A stretch of 64,000 nt of DNA from Candidatus Hodarchaeota archaeon (lineage in GTDB: Archaea > Asgardarchaeota > Lokiarchaeia > Sigyniarchaeales > SOKP01): positions 64,001 to 128,000 of the forward strand of contig JBHLJY010000004.1 of the NCBI GenBank assembly GCA_048887225.1. The letters run 5' to 3'. How positions within the stretch are numbered: position 1 is the stretch's first letter; every line of letters begins with the position of its first letter. A program made the position numbers and the translations under genes. This document shows, one piece after another, positions 60,428-64,000 of the stretch. The notes under the pieces were generated by a model. It searched no databases, was not told the DNA's origin, and saw only the letters and a program-made list of their open reading frames with translations.

Positions 60428-61854
60428 TTAAGCCGTTAATTTTTCAATGTAGTCTATAACTTTTTTTCTCTTCTCTAACGCTTTAATTGCCGCCTTTTCA
60501 ATTCTATTTTCCATCTCATCGATTAATTTTGGAGTTTGTTCACCAATTTCCTGTTTTATTTTAGTATATGCAGATTCTCGAAACCTTGGCAATATATCTT
60601 TTTTATCTTCATTTTCAAAAATCATAGAAACTTTATTCGAATCATCAACGTACCCAATTTCCGCACATCTAATACCATTATTACCTAAATCAGAAATTAT
60701 TTTCTCAGAAACCTTTTCTGAACAATATATAAGAAGTGCGTCTAATGATACTCCCAAATAATCAACACCGACTTTATCTAATAACTTTAAAACTGTCGAA
60801 TTAACAAGTTTTCTAACTTCTTCTTCATAAATAGTAACACCACAATTTGCCTCATAATTTATCTCATATAAATCACCTCTAAGACCTCCATTGGTCACAT
60901 CGCACATGGCATGAATTTCATCTAAATTATCTGAATTTAAGATTATTTCACATGCTTCGAGGAATTTAACGTTCAACGTCTCTTTTACTACGTCATGATT
61001 ACCAGAATAGATTGCTGTTGTAGTAATCGTCCCACCTCCAGCACCTTCAGTCATTAAAATTTTATCTCCAACTTTAATATTTTTTCGAGCCAATAACGTA
61101 TCGCTTGCAAGACCTACAGCTGCCACACCTCCAACTAAACGATCTCCAATCACCATATCTCCTCCAATTCTTAATGTTGATCCTGCCGTTATTGGAACTT
61201 TTGCTATTTCGGAAACTGCTGAAATGCCCGCCATGAAATCGAACAATTTTCCAACATCAGAATCATCTCCTAAATGAATATCAACCATTATCGAAATAGG
61301 TTTTGCCCCTTTCACATATAGATCCCGAAGTGCAGCCCTCGATACGCTTATGTAAGCTCGTTACATGAAATTACGTGAAAGCCGCATACAAATGGAAAGT
61401 CGCTTAGACGAGAATGAATCCCTTCCATTTTGGAAACAATGATCAAATTATTAGGATCGTAAAGTTCTCCTTTTAATCCCTTTAAATCTCGTAGCCGAAC
61501 AGCTCCCGCATCATCCAAAGAACTAGGTGCTAAATATGCTTTTTGTTTGGTTTCAGATAATTCAGCAATTAATTTATGTACAAAAAAATCTCCCGCACCT
61601 CGACATCCCACTCCCTGTTTTCCGACCGAAACATCAGCATTATAAATATCTAATAATTCTTTAATGAAAGAATCTTTTACTGAACTGATATCACTCTTTT
61701 TGGATTCATCTAAAACTGCTTCAGCTAGCTTCTTTGCTAAATTTTGACCGATCTCTTTATAATCAAGATATTCTTGGACTAATCTTCTAATGATTTGTTG
61801 GTCAGAATTACCCTTTTTAATTAATCTTCTTGTTAAACCTTCTAAATCACTCAT
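60428..61854 (-). CDS. AIR synthase-related (PurM/ThiL/SelD superfamily, MJ0640-like) protein, intron-split; exons 61854-61371 and 61341-60428; spliced product 465 aa
   Basis: The two ORF-track fragments join after removing 29 nt: ...GVGCRGAGDF...DDAG...GIHSRLSDFPFVCGFHVTRAALRDLYVKGAKP...DVTNGGLRGD; 1398 nt = 466 codons. Confidence 0.88.
61342..61370 (-). other. BHB-type intron (29 nt, canonical) in the AIR-synthase-related gene
   Basis: GGCUUUC-ACGU-[AA^U]-UUcAUGUAA-loop CGAGC-UUACAUAA-GCGU-[AU^C]-GAGGGCU: 7-bp exon stem, 4-bp helix, 3-nt bulges; excision gives CAC GTA ACG AGG (H-V-T-R). Confidence 0.88.
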
Positions 61855-62237
61855 ATATATAACACTTAATATTTTAATTCTATCAATCAATAATATAACA
61901 ACGATTTTATTAAGTTAAATAGCAAAAATTAAAAGAAAAATTCTTTGATTACTTAATATTCTGGAATAATTTATTCCAAAAATTAAATATATTTGAACTT
62001 AAATATTTTTAACCAAATCAAGTTAAATTTTAAAAATTATATTAAAGAATTGAAAGATTGTTTTAAATTTTTATTCTATTAATTAATTCTTTTACAAAAA
62101 TAAAGAAAAAAAGTTGTCTATTAGGCAAACCTACACTTAAATATTAGTCTTAATTATTGATATTATAAATAAATTAATGGTGATAGATTCTTCTATTGCC
62201 AACCACTTATATTAGAAAAAAAGATTTTCTTTAAATA

Positions 62238-63083
62238 ATGGAAACTTTTGTATTTGCTCTTATATTAGCCTTATTAGCTGGACTCTCTACAACAGTAGGG
62301 TGTATTATTGCATTCTTAGTGAAAAAACCTAGTCCAGAATTTCTTTCTATAATCATGGGATTTTCAGCGGGAGTGATGATTCTTGTATCTTTTGTAGAGT
62401 TATTAATAGAAGGAATAAACATTAATGGATTTATTATGGGGATTATCTTCTTTTTTGTTGGATTGTTTATGATGTTATTGGTTGATATGACTGTAACTCA
62501 TAAATATGAATTTGAAGACACTTTTAAAATTCTTTATGACGAAAATTTAGAAAAAAATGAGAATAGCCTTCCCCCCTCTACTCGAAGACGACGACGTCGA
62601 TATAGATATGGTCGCGAAAAAACAGAGGTGAACTTAGAAAAAACTTCTTTATTAGTATTTTTAGGTGTATTTATTCATAATATCCCAGAGGGAATAGCTA
62701 CTTTTATAGGTACAATACAAAGTATAGAACTAGGTATTATATTAGCCGTTGCAATTGCACTTCATAACATTCCTGAAGGAATCGCAGTTGCAACTCCAAT
62801 ATACATTAGTACTGAAAGCAGAAAAAAAGCATTTCTTTGGTCGTTTTTGTCAGGAATCAGCGAATTTATTGGAGCGGTTGTTTTTGGATTGATTCTTTAT
62901 CCTTTTATTAACAATTATCTATTAGGAGCAATGCTTGCTATTGTAGCCGGACTTATGGTTTATATATCGTTGGATGAATTATTACCAGTTTCTCATTCCC
63001 TTGGAAGAGAACATCTATCAATCTTAGGACTTATAATGGGAATGCTTGTAATGTCTTTAAGTTTAGTGTTGTTTTTAAAATAA
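62238..63083 (+). CDS. zupT: ZIP-family zinc transporter ZupT
   Basis: GFSAGVMI.VSF.EL, HNIPEG (twice) and GLMVYISLDELLP motifs. Confidence 0.9.
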   Translation: METFVFALILALLAGLSTTVGCIIAFLVKKPSPEFLSIIMGFSAGVMILVSFVELLIEGININGFIMGIIFFFVGLFMMLLVDMTVTHKYEFEDTFKILYDENLEKNENSLPPSTRRRRRRYRYGREKTEVNLEKTSLLVFLGVFIHNIPEGIATFIGTIQSIELGIILAVAIALHNIPEGIAVATPIYISTESRKKAFLWSFLSGISEFIGAVVFGLILYPFINNYLLGAMLAIVAGLMVYISLDELLPVSHSLGREHLSILGLIMGMLVMSLSLVLFLK

Positions 63084-63169
63084 GAGAAATCCAAAAACAA
63101 ATTAAATTATATTTAAATCTTTTTAAAAATTCTAATTCTTAGTTTTGAATTTGTAGAAAATCACTCGCA

Positions 63170-64000
63170 ATGAAAGTCAGAATTACTACGCCCTGCAGAA
63201 TACATTTATCTTTAATAGACGAGAACGGTTATACTGGTAGGGTTGATGGCGGAATCGGTCTTATGCTTGATCAACCGAATGTTGTTTTAGAGGTTTCTAA
63301 TCACGCAAGTAAATTTACTATTGAATGTGATAAATATTATAGAGAATCGATAAATGTAATAAATCAAAAAGCTTCGAAAATCTTTAAATTATTTCACATA
63401 AATAATAAGAACTTTCATTTTGATTTAAAAAAGTATTATCCTAGGCATGTAGGATTAGGTTCAAGAACTCAGCTAAGTCTAGCAATTGGTACTGCGATTG
63501 CTACATTAAAAACTATGGATATCCCTGTAGAAGAAATTACTAAGATGGTCGAAAGAGGGGGAACCTCGGGGATAGGTTGGCGAGGTTTTGAAACCGGAGG
63601 TTTTATTCTCGATGGTGGTCACGATTTTGGTGTAGGAAAGGAAAAAGAAAACTTATTACCATCTTCAGCAGCAAATTCAGCCAATCCAGCATTAACAATA
63701 TCACGGTATGATATTCCAGAAAATTGGCGTTTTGTCCTTGTAATTCCTAATGTAAAACCTGGGGCACATGGAGAAGATGAAGTAAAGATTTTCAAGAATT
63801 ATACTCCTATCCCAAGAGAAGAAGTTAACGAAGTTTCACATCAAATTCTAATGAAGGTCTTACCTGGAATCTTAAAGAATGATTTAGAATGCTTCGGGGA
63901 AGGATTGAAGAGAATTCAAAATATTGGATTCAAAAAAATTGAAATAAGCTTACAACACCAAATTGTGAGGGATATCTTAATGTTTTTCGAAAATAATGGT
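63170..64000 (+). CDS. Beta-ribofuranosylaminobenzene 5'-phosphate synthase (GHMP family), 3' end beyond the window
   Basis: Manual translation gives MKVRITTPCRIHLSLIDENGYTGRVDGGIG...PRHVGLGSRTQL...RGGTSGIG..GFETGGFILDGGH; methanopterin-pathway family. Confidence 0.88.
   Translation, partial: MKVRITTPCRIHLSLIDENGYTGRVDGGIGLMLDQPNVVLEVSNHASKFTIECDKYYRESINVINQKASKIFKLFHINNKNFHFDLKKYYPRHVGLGSRTQLSLAIGTAIATLKTMDIPVEEITKMVERGGTSGIGWRGFETGGFILDGGHDFGVGKEKENLLPSSAANSANPALTISRYDIPENWRFVLVIPNVKPGAHGEDEVKIFKNYTPIPREEVNEVSHQILMKVLPGILKNDLECFGEGLKRIQNIGFKKIEISLQHQIVRDILMFFENNG

Noticed and set aside
61347-61374. GT...AG reading (GTAATT...TAAG, 28 nt) of the third insertion
   Set aside because: Leaves the gene out of frame; 29 nt must be removed
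60428-61854. Selenophosphate synthetase or Sec read-through explanation for the split
   Set aside because: The interrupting stop is TAA and a frame change is required; SelD-specific motifs were not seen

Overview
AT-rich archaeal chromosomal window, most likely Asgard (Lokiarchaeia-like). The evidence is an archaeal L11-L1-L10(P0) operon, archaeal ether-lipid genes, beta-RFA-P synthase, a gelsolin-domain protein and a C-terminally anchored secreted protein. Most of the window is housekeeping or metabolic: shikimate enzymes, LeuCD-type dehydratase, ThDP enzyme, glycoside hydrolases, MFS sugar transporters, peptidases and two orphan N6-adenine DNA methyltransferases. The main discovery is three tiny (36, 28 and 29 nt) introns in protein-coding genes, two in rpl11 (1628-1663, 1567-1594) and one in an AIR-synthase-related gene (61342-61370). 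Each folds into a tRNA-type bulge-helix-bulge (BHB) motif. Cutting at the canonical endonuclease positions removes stop codons or frameshifts and restores the conserved protein sequence, which implies BHB/EndA-type mRNA splicing in this organism. Secondary observations are a duplicated flank/promoter unit carrying different small genes (46.2-47.7 kb), a 14-20 bp palindromic operator, a dispersed 21-nt intergenic motif, three genes that apparently start at ATA/ATT, and several unannotated small Zn-finger proteins. No tRNA, rRNA, CRISPR array or transposase was recognised.
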